DNA of 64,000 nt from Candidatus Aenigmatarchaeota archaeon. Lineage in GTDB: Archaea > Aenigmatarchaeota > Aenigmatarchaeia > CG10238-14. Within the stretch, counting starts at the first letter, position 1. Each line of letters begins with the position of its first letter. The notes beneath the pieces were generated by a model. That model had not been told where the DNA came from and did no database searches. It saw nothing but the letters and a program-made list of their open reading frames with translations. Location: the NCBI GenBank assembly GCA_018920365.1, contig JAHLMM010000001.1, positions 135,628 through 199,627 of the forward strand, read 5' to 3'. Positions 36,727 to 45,372 of this stretch are shown here, piece after piece. The position numbers and the translations under genes are program-made.

Positions 36727-37923
36727 TCACACCAGTAATCGTGAAATTAGATGTGTATAACCAATAAAGTATATAATCACCGGAAAGGTAAGAAATCCCA
36801 TGTTTACAGATCTCTTTATTTTAAACAGCACAGGCAAAATCCCTATAAAAGTTGATATTATCAAAATAAACAAACCAACAAAACCTGTTAATGCAAAAAC
36901 AAGTATTGATAAAAGAAGAATGATGTATCTCGACAATCTTTGATAATCCATGCTTGAGATTTTGCTTATAATGATATTTCCAAGAAGTAAGCAAACTACT
37001 GCTGTTAAGCCAGCTGAAAATAAACATGCTCCAAAGAAAAGAAGGATTAGATTTTTATCAAGGTATAAGTTGGATAAAGCAGCACCCAAACCACTTCTTA
37101 CTTTTCCTGTAAGCATTAAAACTATAACAGAAAGTATTGTATTTGCTATATTCATGCTTGCCATAGAACTTAATATATATTCATCATTTTTTGTGAAGAA
37201 ATGCAAAATCATGAAACTAATTTGACTTTCGCCTATACCAGGAAGTATGCCAGCGGCAATGCCGCTAATTATTCCAATTATTATTGCTGCAATATTCGGC
37301 TTTATATCAACATCTCCTTCATTTGATATTTTCATGCCTCTTTCAGCAAACAAGAGACTACTAATACCAAAAAGCCCTGTTAAAGCAGGAAAAATTGCTT
37401 TTTCAGAACTGATCAAATTAGAATTTAATGCCAAAAGACCCCACACGCCAGAAATTAAAAAAATGAATAAAGCTATGAAAAAATTCTTACCTTCTGTTAG
37501 TAAAAAACCAAAAACAAAAGTTATTATTAACACCAAAATAAAGCTTTCACTGAATTTGTGAATTGAAGGTACAATTACTAATATAGCTGGCAGAGCAATC
37601 AGCAGTATTATCAATGCAGATATAGCAGAAAATATGCTTATAGCCAAAGCCTTTTTACCAAACCCTTTCAAAACCATTCTATGTCCTGGTAATATGCTTG
37701 TGACCGTATTAGGATCAGGTACTGATAGAAAAAGGGATGGTATATAATTTGATATAATATTTGCAATTGCCATAGAAGCTGCAAATACAATAAATTGATT
37801 TGGGTTTAATACTATGATACTAAAGACAAAGAAATATAATTGGTTTGGATGCAAACCTGGAAGAAGACCTGCAAATAATCCTATAACAATACCAAAAAAA
37901 GAAAAAAACAAAAGATCAAGCAT
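36727..37923 (-). CDS. TctA-family (DUF112) membrane transporter-like protein
   Basis: ~11 TM, repeated GxxxGxLPG(I/L)G motifs (GLFAGLLPGLHP, GIAAGILPGIGESQ). Confidence 0.5.
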   Translation of the reverse strand: MLDLLFFSFFGIVIGLFAGLLPGLHPNQLYFFVFSIIVLNPNQFIVFAASMAIANIISNYIPSLFLSVPDPNTVTSILPGHRMVLKGFGKKALAISIFSAISALIILLIALPAILVIVPSIHKFSESFILVLIITFVFGFLLTEGKNFFIALFIFLISGVWGLLALNSNLISSEKAIFPALTGLFGISSLLFAERGMKISNEGDVDIKPNIAAIIIGIISGIAAGILPGIGESQISFMILHFFTKNDEYILSSMASMNIANTILSVIVLMLTGKVRSGLGAALSNLYLDKNLILLFFGACLFSAGLTAVVCLLLGNIIISKISSMDYQRLSRYIILLLSILVFALTGFVGLFILIISTFIGILPVLFKIKRSVNMGFLTFPVIIYFIGYTHLISRLLV

Positions 37924-37927
37924 TTGC

Positions 37928-38293
37928 TTATCTTGAAGAAGCTATTTTATAAATGGATTTTAATGCCACCACTAGAGCTGCTGGTGCTACGAAGTATGTT
38001 AGATTGTTCAATGAATAAACAAAAATGTTTGCTAAGATTCCTGCTAAAAATCTGTCAATTCTTATACCACTGACTGCAAGTAATGCAATTGTTGCTAGCA
38101 AGAATGAATCTATTTCTTTTGAAGTTACTGTTGTCAATCCAACCACTAGGCCGAAAAATACTAGCATCAATGGTATTATTTGCCCCAAACCTCCTATTAT
38201 TCCCAAGCCTTCAAGTAAGCCAAGCACTAGTGCAAGCAAAGAGCCTGCTAAAAATGCCCATTCTCCATATCTTTCTGAACCCACTATACCCAC
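37928..38293 (-). CDS. Small Gly/Ala/Leu-rich membrane protein, locally higher GC
   Basis: 121 aa, three TM; composition differs from neighbours. Confidence 0.35.
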   Translation of the reverse strand: MGIVGSERYGEWAFLAGSLLALVLGLLEGLGIIGGLGQIIPLMLVFFGLVVGLTTVTSKEIDSFLLATIALLAVSGIRIDRFLAGILANIFVYSLNNLTYFVAPAALVVALKSIYKIASSR

Positions 38294-38423
38294 CTTTTGA
38301 ATATTATTTATTAAAGAAAAAATAAAACTAATCTTTCCATCTTTTAGTAGTTATTTTTCCTAGCCTATTTTATAGAGAAATTTTTACATATGTTTTATAA
38401 ATATTATTTTTTAATTTGTTGTT

Positions 38424-38750
38424 ATGATACCAGGCGGAATGGATCCTAAAAAAGTAGAACAAATGCTTAAACAGTTAGGAATGGAAATGGAAGATATAAA
38501 AGCAAAAGAAGTTATCATCAAAGCTGAAGGTGGAGATATAATAATAGAAAACCCCCAAGTGGTAAAGACAACAATGCGTGGCCAAGTCATATACCAAGTT
38601 TCTGGTGATGTTAAACAAGAAAATTTCCCAGAAGAAGATATAAAACTAGTTATGGATCAAACAGGAATAAAAGATGAAGAAAAAATAAAACAAGCTTTGA
38701 AAGAAGCAAAAGGCGATGTTGTAGAAGCAATAATGAAACTGAAAAAGTAA
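38424..38750 (+). CDS. nac: Nascent polypeptide-associated complex alpha subunit (NAC + UBA)
   Basis: Archaeal NAC N-terminus MIPGGMDPKKVEQMLKQLGM, NAC beta segment, C-terminal UBA-like EEKIKQALKEAKGDVVEAIMKL. Confidence 0.8.
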   Translation: MIPGGMDPKKVEQMLKQLGMEMEDIKAKEVIIKAEGGDIIIENPQVVKTTMRGQVIYQVSGDVKQENFPEEDIKLVMDQTGIKDEEKIKQALKEAKGDVVEAIMKLKK

Positions 38751-38781
38751 GTTTATCTAATTTTCTAACCAATAATTTAAT

Positions 38782-39795
38782 ATGCTAGTTATACTTGGCA
38801 GTTTTTTAATATCATTTTTAACTTCAATAATTCTCACAAAAATATTCATAGCACTATTTTACAGAAACAACATAATTGCTTTGGACTTGCATAAAAAAGA
38901 CAAGCCTAAAGTTGCTAATAGCGGCGGCATACCAGTAATGTTTGCTGCCTTTTTTGGAATGATGTTTTTTGCAGCTATACAAACATTTGTTTTTTCTGGT
39001 GAAGAAAACCTTGTATATCTTTTTTCAGGTGTATTGACAATATTGATTATAGGCTTGATAGGGTTTTTTGATGATTTGAATTCTAAAGAGGTTATAGAAG
39101 GAAAATCAGAAATAAGAAAGGGCTTGAAACAATGGCAAAAGCCGTTGTTGACTTTGCTAGCAGCAATTCCATTAATGGCTGTTAGAGCTGGAAATACATC
39201 TATGACTTTGCCTTTGCTAGGAAGTGTTGATTTTGGGTTGCTTTATCCATTGTTGATAGTGCCAATAAGTCTGACTGTTGTTTCAAATGTAATAAATATG
39301 CTAGGCGGTTTTAACGGCTCAGAAGCAGGAATGGGATCTGTTTATTTTTTTGGTTTAGGTGTGTTTGCACTAGTCATGGGCAAGCTAGTTTCAGCAGCAA
39401 TATTCTTTTCAATGTTTGGAGCATTAATAGGCTTTCTGAAGTTTAATTGGCCGCCTGCAAAAATGCTTTCAGGAGATAGCATACAATATGTAATGGGGGC
39501 AGCTGTTATTTCAGGCGCAATATTAGGTGACATGGAAAGAGCTGCTTTTATTGTGTTAATTCCATTTTTCATTGAAGCGTTTCTAAAATTAAGATCAGGC
39601 TTGAAAGCTTCTTGTTTAGGCAAATTACAAAAAGACGGCAAGCTTGAGCCACCATACGGAAAGAAAATCTATTCTTGGACACATATAATAATGAATTTGG
39701 GTCGATTTACTGAAAAGCAAGTAACTATAGCTTTGATATTAATGGAAGCTGTTTTTTGCTTGCTGCTTTTTATTTATCTGTATTTAATAATATGA
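38782..39795 (+). CDS. aglH: MraY/WecA-like GT4-family UDP-GlcNAc-1-phosphate:dolichyl-phosphate transferase (AglH-like)
   Basis: 10 TM; VSNVINMLGGFNGSEAG (NxxNxxDGxDG-type loop) and cytoplasmic D-rich loops. Confidence 0.65.
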   Translation: MLVILGSFLISFLTSIILTKIFIALFYRNNIIALDLHKKDKPKVANSGGIPVMFAAFFGMMFFAAIQTFVFSGEENLVYLFSGVLTILIIGLIGFFDDLNSKEVIEGKSEIRKGLKQWQKPLLTLLAAIPLMAVRAGNTSMTLPLLGSVDFGLLYPLLIVPISLTVVSNVINMLGGFNGSEAGMGSVYFFGLGVFALVMGKLVSAAIFFSMFGALIGFLKFNWPPAKMLSGDSIQYVMGAAVISGAILGDMERAAFIVLIPFFIEAFLKLRSGLKASCLGKLQKDGKLEPPYGKKIYSWTHIIMNLGRFTEKQVTIALILMEAVFCLLLFIYLYLII

Positions 39796-39799
39796 AGGT

Positions 39800-40402
39800 G
39801 TGAAAATGAATTTGAAATATATATTTAATCCAGAAGAGCAAAGGCGAGATTTAATAGTAAAACATACAAAAAAAGGCATAGTTCTTGATTTGGGGTCGCA
39901 AGAAGGAGATTTGCATGTTTTTTTGAAAAAAAATATAAAGAATTCAAAAATTATAGGCATAGATTTTGTGCAGAGCGAAAATGTTGATGTAATTCACGAT
40001 TTAAACGAAAGATTCCCATTTGAGGATAACTATGCCGATACAATAATAGCTGGTGAAATAATAGAACATTTGCTTAATCCATTTGAATTTTTGAAAGAAT
40101 GCAATAGGGTCTTGAAAAAAGGAGGGGTGCTTGTTCTAACAACACCAAATATGACAAGTTTATCATATATATTAAAAATCCAGAGTTTTGGTAAAAAACT
40201 TACAATATATGATAGGAAAGATCCACATATATACGGATTTTCTATGGAAATGCTGGAGATATTGTTGAAGAAATCTGGTTTCAAAGTAATAAACAAAAAG
40301 CATTTGAATATAGGTTGGAGAAGGAATATTTTATTTAGATTTATTTGTTATTTGTTCAAAAACGTGAGACCTGCATTATTTTTGGTTGCAAAGAAGGTAT
40401 GA
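39800..40402 (+). CDS. Class I SAM-dependent methyltransferase
   Basis: Motif I VLDLGSQEGD, post-I DLNERFPFEDNYAD, LKKGGVLVLTTPN. Confidence 0.65.
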   Translation: MKMNLKYIFNPEEQRRDLIVKHTKKGIVLDLGSQEGDLHVFLKKNIKNSKIIGIDFVQSENVDVIHDLNERFPFEDNYADTIIAGEIIEHLLNPFEFLKECNRVLKKGGVLVLTTPNMTSLSYILKIQSFGKKLTIYDRKDPHIYGFSMEMLEILLKKSGFKVINKKHLNIGWRRNILFRFICYLFKNVRPALFLVAKKV

Positions 40403-41127
40403 TAAAAATGCCAAAAGTGTCAGTCATAGTTCCAGTAAAAGATGATAGAAGGCTAATAGATTTAATAAAAGCTTTGGAAAACCAGACTTTCAAAGATTTT
40501 GAAGTTTTAATAGCAGACTCATCAAAAGAAAGAATATTCAAAGGTGAAACAACATTAAACATGAAATATTATCACACCAAACCAATGAAAATATCAGAAG
40601 CAATGACATTTCTATCTAAAAAAGCAACTTCAGAAATAATAGCTATAACAGAAAGTGACTGTGCCCCAAACGAACATTGGCTTGAAGATTTATATTCCGA
40701 ATATGTAGATAGCAAGACTATCATAGTTGGAGCACAAAATATAGTCTCACCTCACGCAGAAATAATAAGTTTCGGCAGTTTATTGTTGCCTAAAAAAGCA
40801 TTTTCTGTTAAATTTGACAAAAACTTAAAGCTAGCTGAAGATACAGATTGGTTTTTTTCTTTGAAAGAGAGAGGATTCAAATTCAAACAAATAAACAAAG
40901 GACTTGTAACGCACTATAAAAACACTATAAAAAGAATGTTTAGGTCATTTGAGTATGCAAGATCTCATGCATATGTTTATGTTAAGCATAACAAAGAAGA
41001 GAGAATAATAAAAAGCATGGGTTTCCAGCTTTTGCAAGCATTTTATTCAATATTAACTTTTTTTGTATTACCATACTTTTGGATTTATTACAAAATAAGA
41101 AAATTTTTGTTTAAAAAACTCAAGTGA
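40345..41127 (+). CDS. GT2-family glycosyltransferase (start probably MIKMPK near 40399)
   Basis: VSVIVPVKDD ... ADSSKE ... ESDCAPNEHWLED (DxD-type/GT-A fold). Confidence 0.6.
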   Translation: MLFVQKRETCIIFGCKEGMIKMPKVSVIVPVKDDRRLIDLIKALENQTFKDFEVLIADSSKERIFKGETTLNMKYYHTKPMKISEAMTFLSKKATSEIIAITESDCAPNEHWLEDLYSEYVDSKTIIVGAQNIVSPHAEIISFGSLLLPKKAFSVKFDKNLKLAEDTDWFFSLKERGFKFKQINKGLVTHYKNTIKRMFRSFEYARSHAYVYVKHNKEERIIKSMGFQLLQAFYSILTFFVLPYFWIYYKIRKFLFKKLK

Positions 41128-41131
41128 GTTT

Positions 41132-41584
41132 ATGAAAATATGTATATCATGTTCTATGGGAGGGCATTTAGTTGAGGTCTTGCAGCTAAAAAATGTATAT
41201 AAAAAATATAATTATTTTTATCTTACATTTTATAAGAAAGGCTTGGTTGATGAAATTAAAGGTGAAAAGATATATTTTGTTGAAAATCCCGGCAGGAATA
41301 TTATAAAATTATTAAAAAATATACTTCAAACTTTTTTTGTTTTGAAAAAAGAAAAACCAGATATTATAATTTCAACAGGTGCCGGTTCAGCTGTACCATC
41401 AATAATCATTGGGAAACTGCTTTTCAACACAAAAATAATATTTATAGAAAGTTTTGCAAGAATAAACACAAAATCTCTTTCAGGGATAATTTCATATCCT
41501 TTTGCAGATCTGTTTCTAGTACAATGGAGAAATATGCTAAAATTATATGGAAAAAAAGCTTTATACAGAGGTGCTGTTTATTGA
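41132..41584 (+). CDS. Alg14-like subunit of bipartite UDP-GlcNAc transferase
   Basis: MKICISCSMGGHLVEVLQL...PDIIISTGAGSAVPSIII, membrane-anchoring Alg14/GT28-N pattern; 150 aa. Confidence 0.65.
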   Translation: MKICISCSMGGHLVEVLQLKNVYKKYNYFYLTFYKKGLVDEIKGEKIYFVENPGRNIIKLLKNILQTFFVLKKEKPDIIISTGAGSAVPSIIIGKLLFNTKIIFIESFARINTKSLSGIISYPFADLFLVQWRNMLKLYGKKALYRGAVY

Positions 41585-42069
41585 TTTTTGTAACAGTAGG
41601 GACAGATGAACACAGTTTTGATAGGTTGGTAAAAAAAGTAGACGAATTAATAGGTAGTGGTTTAATCAAAGACGAAGTTGTTATTCAGATAGGAAATACT
41701 AAATATGAACCTAAAAATGCAAAGTGGTTTAGATTTGAAACTTATGATAAAATTAAAGAGTTGAACAAAAACTCTAATTTGGTTATAACACACGGCGGAG
41801 CTGGCAGTATAATTACAGCATTAATGTATGGAAAAAGAATAATAGCAGTACCAAGAATGAAGAAATATAACGAACATGTTAATGACCATCAGCTGGAATT
41901 AGTGAGACAAATGGAAAAGGAAAGTAGAATCATAGGTGTTTATGATATTGATAATTTATATCAAGCTATAGTAAAATCGTATAAGTTAAAGCAAACAAAC
42001 TCAAAAACTAAATTGTCTGATTTTTTATCAGAATACTTGGAAAAATTAGAAAAACATATTAAACGATAA
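41524..42069 (+). CDS. Alg13-like catalytic subunit (GT28 C-terminal domain); probably starts at a TTG/alternative codon near 41580 immediately after the alg14-like stop
   Basis: LIFVTVGTDEHSFDRLV ... VITHGGAGSI ... RMKKYNEHVNDHQLEL, characteristic of Alg13/MurG-C. Confidence 0.65.
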   Translation: MEKYAKIIWKKSFIQRCCLLIFVTVGTDEHSFDRLVKKVDELIGSGLIKDEVVIQIGNTKYEPKNAKWFRFETYDKIKELNKNSNLVITHGGAGSIITALMYGKRIIAVPRMKKYNEHVNDHQLELVRQMEKESRIIGVYDIDNLYQAIVKSYKLKQTNSKTKLSDFLSEYLEKLEKHIKR

Positions 42070-42084
42070 ATCAAATTATAGTTA

Positions 42085-43059
42085 ATGAAGAAAGAAAAAC
42101 CAGTAACAGTTTTTATTCCTGTAAAAAATGCTGAAAATACAATTGAAGCTTGTGTTAAATCCCTTTTGAATCAGTCATACAAAAACAAGATTATTTATGT
42201 TATAGACAACATGTCTACAGACAAAACATACGAAATTCTTAAAAAATTTGGTAAAAAAATAAATCTTCTGAGAATGGCAGGGCCTGTGCCGAAGTTGCAT
42301 AATTATATACTTGACATAGCAAAAACCGAATTCATAGCTTATACAAACGCTGATTGTGTTTTGGACAAAAATTGGCTGAAAAATCTGTTGAAAGGCTTTA
42401 CGTCAGATGATATAATTGCAACAGCTGGTTTTTGTGCAACACCAAAGGGGCTAAGCAAGTTTCAAGAATTGATAGGTTTAGAGCTAGAAAACAGGTTCAA
42501 AAAATTTCCAGAATATATTTCAAGAGCACCCGACATGAATCTTTGTGTAAGAACAAAATGTGCAAAAAAAGTTAGATTCGATGAAAGGTTTATTTGGGCA
42601 TGGGAAACTGATTTTGGGTACAGATTAACAAAATTAGGAAAAATGAAATATGTTCCTGATGCCATAGTATATCACTATCATCGTCCTAATTGGAAGTCAT
42701 TCTTCAGACAACAAATGAAAAATGCTATAATGGCACCTTTAACTTATTGGAAAAATTTTGATAAAATTAAAGGAGATCATATATCTACATCATCAATGGC
42801 ATTATCTCTTTTACTTTTTTATTTAACATTGCTTTCAGCAATCTTGTATATTTTTTCAAGCAAATTTATTATCATCTATGTTTTTGCATTATTTTCATTT
42901 TTATTTTTGAATATGTTTGAAACCATTAGAGTTGCTCAAAAACCAAGCCAATACACACTTCTATTTATGATACATATCGTAAGAACAATTGCATGGTCTA
43001 TTGGATTACCGAAAGGAATTTATAATTTTTTAAAGAATAAATGGTATAAATCTAGATAA
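42085..43059 (+). CDS. GT2 glycosyltransferase with C-terminal TM helices
   Basis: VTVFIPVKNAENTI, YVIDNMSTD (DxD region), C-terminal 3-4 TM. Confidence 0.7.
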   Translation: MKKEKPVTVFIPVKNAENTIEACVKSLLNQSYKNKIIYVIDNMSTDKTYEILKKFGKKINLLRMAGPVPKLHNYILDIAKTEFIAYTNADCVLDKNWLKNLLKGFTSDDIIATAGFCATPKGLSKFQELIGLELENRFKKFPEYISRAPDMNLCVRTKCAKKVRFDERFIWAWETDFGYRLTKLGKMKYVPDAIVYHYHRPNWKSFFRQQMKNAIMAPLTYWKNFDKIKGDHISTSSMALSLLLFYLTLLSAILYIFSSKFIIIYVFALFSFLFLNMFETIRVAQKPSQYTLLFMIHIVRTIAWSIGLPKGIYNFLKNKWYKSR

Positions 43060-43861
43060 ATTTTTTATTTATTTGTTTTCTCCCATCCAACCATCCCCAT
43101 TTATTGAAATATTTTATTGCAGACACAATATGTATCAACGTGTATTTGAATTTCTTGTAAGAGCCTCTTTCAAATTTATGATAAACTTTTGCAAAAGGGA
43201 AATATGCTATCTTTCCGTGCTGCAGCATACGTCTGCATAAATCCACATCTTCCATGTACAAGAAAAATCTTTTATCAAAACCATTTAATTTTGTTAAAAT
43301 CTCACTTCTAACAAACATAAATGATCCTGAAATTACAGGGCAATAAAACATTTTGCCATAATCTTTGTACCTCATTTCATAGAAATAATTCCTTTTTTCA
43401 AGATAACTTTTAAATGGTATAAATCTTCTGAAAATTAAATCAACAGGACTTGGTAATAGTTTGCATAAATGTTGAATATTGCCGTTTTCATATAAAATTT
43501 TTGGCGTTACTGCGACAATATTTTTGTTTTCATCCATGAAATTTTTCAATTTTTCAAGAACATCTTCATCAAAATAAACATCTGGATTTAATATAAGATG
43601 ATATTTTGATAATCCATGGATTTTATTTATTGCAAAATTATGTGCTTTACCAAAACCTATATTTTTACCAAGAAATATGTATTCAATCCTATCATCTTTC
43701 AATACATTAATTTTGTTTTTTTTAGGTGAGTTGTCAATCACAAATATTTTGATGCTTAGTTTTGTTTTTAATAAGCTATTAATGCATTTTTTGAAAGTAT
43801 TTAAATCTCCATAGTTTTTATCAATATACAAGACTATGGAAACAGTCAAATCATATTTCAT
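43052..43861 (-). CDS. GT2 glycosyltransferase
   Basis: TVSIVLYIDKNYG..., VIDNSP, LNPDVYFDED pattern of GT-A rhamnosyl/galactosyl-transferase-like enzymes. Confidence 0.7.
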   Translation of the reverse strand: MKYDLTVSIVLYIDKNYGDLNTFKKCINSLLKTKLSIKIFVIDNSPKKNKINVLKDDRIEYIFLGKNIGFGKAHNFAINKIHGLSKYHLILNPDVYFDEDVLEKLKNFMDENKNIVAVTPKILYENGNIQHLCKLLPSPVDLIFRRFIPFKSYLEKRNYFYEMRYKDYGKMFYCPVISGSFMFVRSEILTKLNGFDKRFFLYMEDVDLCRRMLQHGKIAYFPFAKVYHKFERGSYKKFKYTLIHIVSAIKYFNKWGWLDGRKQINKKFI

Positions 43862-43905
43862 AAATCATATTAATTTCAATAAAGATATATAGATAGTGAA
43901 TCGCG

Positions 43906-45372
43906 ATGAACGTAAAGCAGAAAGCAGCCAACAACAGCTTTTATTTATTTCTTTATTGGATCATAAACACACTAGGCGGCTTTGTATTTTGGATGATAGC
44001 TGGTAAATTTTTAAATGAATCAGAATATGGAATAGCTTTAACAGCAATAAGCTTTGGTTTTTTAATAATATCAATAATAACATTAGGAATACCAGCCGCT
44101 TTGTCAAAACTTATACCAGAATATAAAGCCAATAGACAAATGAAAAAAATAAATTCAATTATTACAACCTCACTCGCAATAATTTTAATAATTAACATTT
44201 TAAATGCTATGATATTTTTTTCATTAAAAAATTACTTTGTTTTTTTGTTGAAAATCACAGATCAACTATTTTATTTTATAATTGCTTATATATTTTTTGG
44301 CTCATTTAGTGTAACTCTTTTTACAATAAAATATTCGTTTCAACTGATGAAAGAGTATACAATTATAGGTGCATTATCAGTATTTTCAAAAATACTTTTA
44401 TCTTTTGTCTTACTATATTTTGGGTTTAAGTATTTCGGTCCAATATTAGGTGTAATATTTTCTAGCATAATAACAATAATTTTAGCATTTCCTGGAAAAC
44501 AAATAAAATTCAACTTAATGTTTAATGAAAAAGACATTTTTTCATATTCTATTTTGGGTTTTTTTGGAGCTTTATTTTTTTCTTTGATAGCTAATTTTAA
44601 TTATAGCATTATAACAATTATAAAAAGTACAAACGCAACTGGAATTTTTGGAGTTGCTATGATGATTTCTTCTGTGATTTCTGCAATTCCAAACATATTG
44701 AACAATGCTATTTATCCAATAATTTCTGAATTGTTTGGTAAAAGATCTAAAATTTTACAAAGCCTAATTAATCACACAATAAGATACAGTTTGTTGATTA
44801 CGCTGCCTCTTATACTGATATTTTCTCTTAATTCAAGATTTTTGATACTCACATTTTCGTCGGATAAATTTGTTTCAGCTTCAAAATTAATTCCAATATT
44901 GTCTGTGTCAACTTTGATTCTTGGCATAGGTGGAATATTTGTTAATGCTTTGTTTGCTTTGAGAATGACAAAATACTATACAAGAGTCATTTCAATTTCA
45001 ACAATAACGTTTCTAATTATATCTTTTATATTGGTTTATTTGCTTTCAGAAACAGGTGCAGCAATTTCATATTTCATAACTTCAACAACATTGCTCTTTC
45101 TTTCCTATATCTATTTAAATAGAAAAATAAAAGTTGAATTTGCTGTGAATGATTATCTAAAAATAATAATTTCTTCGTTGCCTTTCTTGTTTTTGCTTGT
45201 TATAAAACCAATGAATTTGATTATGTTTATTTTAGCTAATGGTTTATTGGTTTTAGCGTATGCCACTATACTTTATAAGTTGAAATTTTTCACAAGAAAT
45301 GATATAAATATAGTAAAAACTGTTTTAGCCAAACTTAAAATTTCAAAACTAATCAAAGCTGACTTTGTATAA
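43906..45372 (+). CDS. Wzx-type oligosaccharide flippase (MOP superfamily)
   Basis: 488 aa, ~14 TM, polysaccharide_biosyn-like N-terminal layout. Confidence 0.7.
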   Translation: MNVKQKAANNSFYLFLYWIINTLGGFVFWMIAGKFLNESEYGIALTAISFGFLIISIITLGIPAALSKLIPEYKANRQMKKINSIITTSLAIILIINILNAMIFFSLKNYFVFLLKITDQLFYFIIAYIFFGSFSVTLFTIKYSFQLMKEYTIIGALSVFSKILLSFVLLYFGFKYFGPILGVIFSSIITIILAFPGKQIKFNLMFNEKDIFSYSILGFFGALFFSLIANFNYSIITIIKSTNATGIFGVAMMISSVISAIPNILNNAIYPIISELFGKRSKILQSLINHTIRYSLLITLPLILIFSLNSRFLILTFSSDKFVSASKLIPILSVSTLILGIGGIFVNALFALRMTKYYTRVISISTITFLIISFILVYLLSETGAAISYFITSTTLLFLSYIYLNRKIKVEFAVNDYLKIIISSLPFLFLLVIKPMNLIMFILANGLLVLAYATILYKLKFFTRNDINIVKTVLAKLKISKLIKADFV

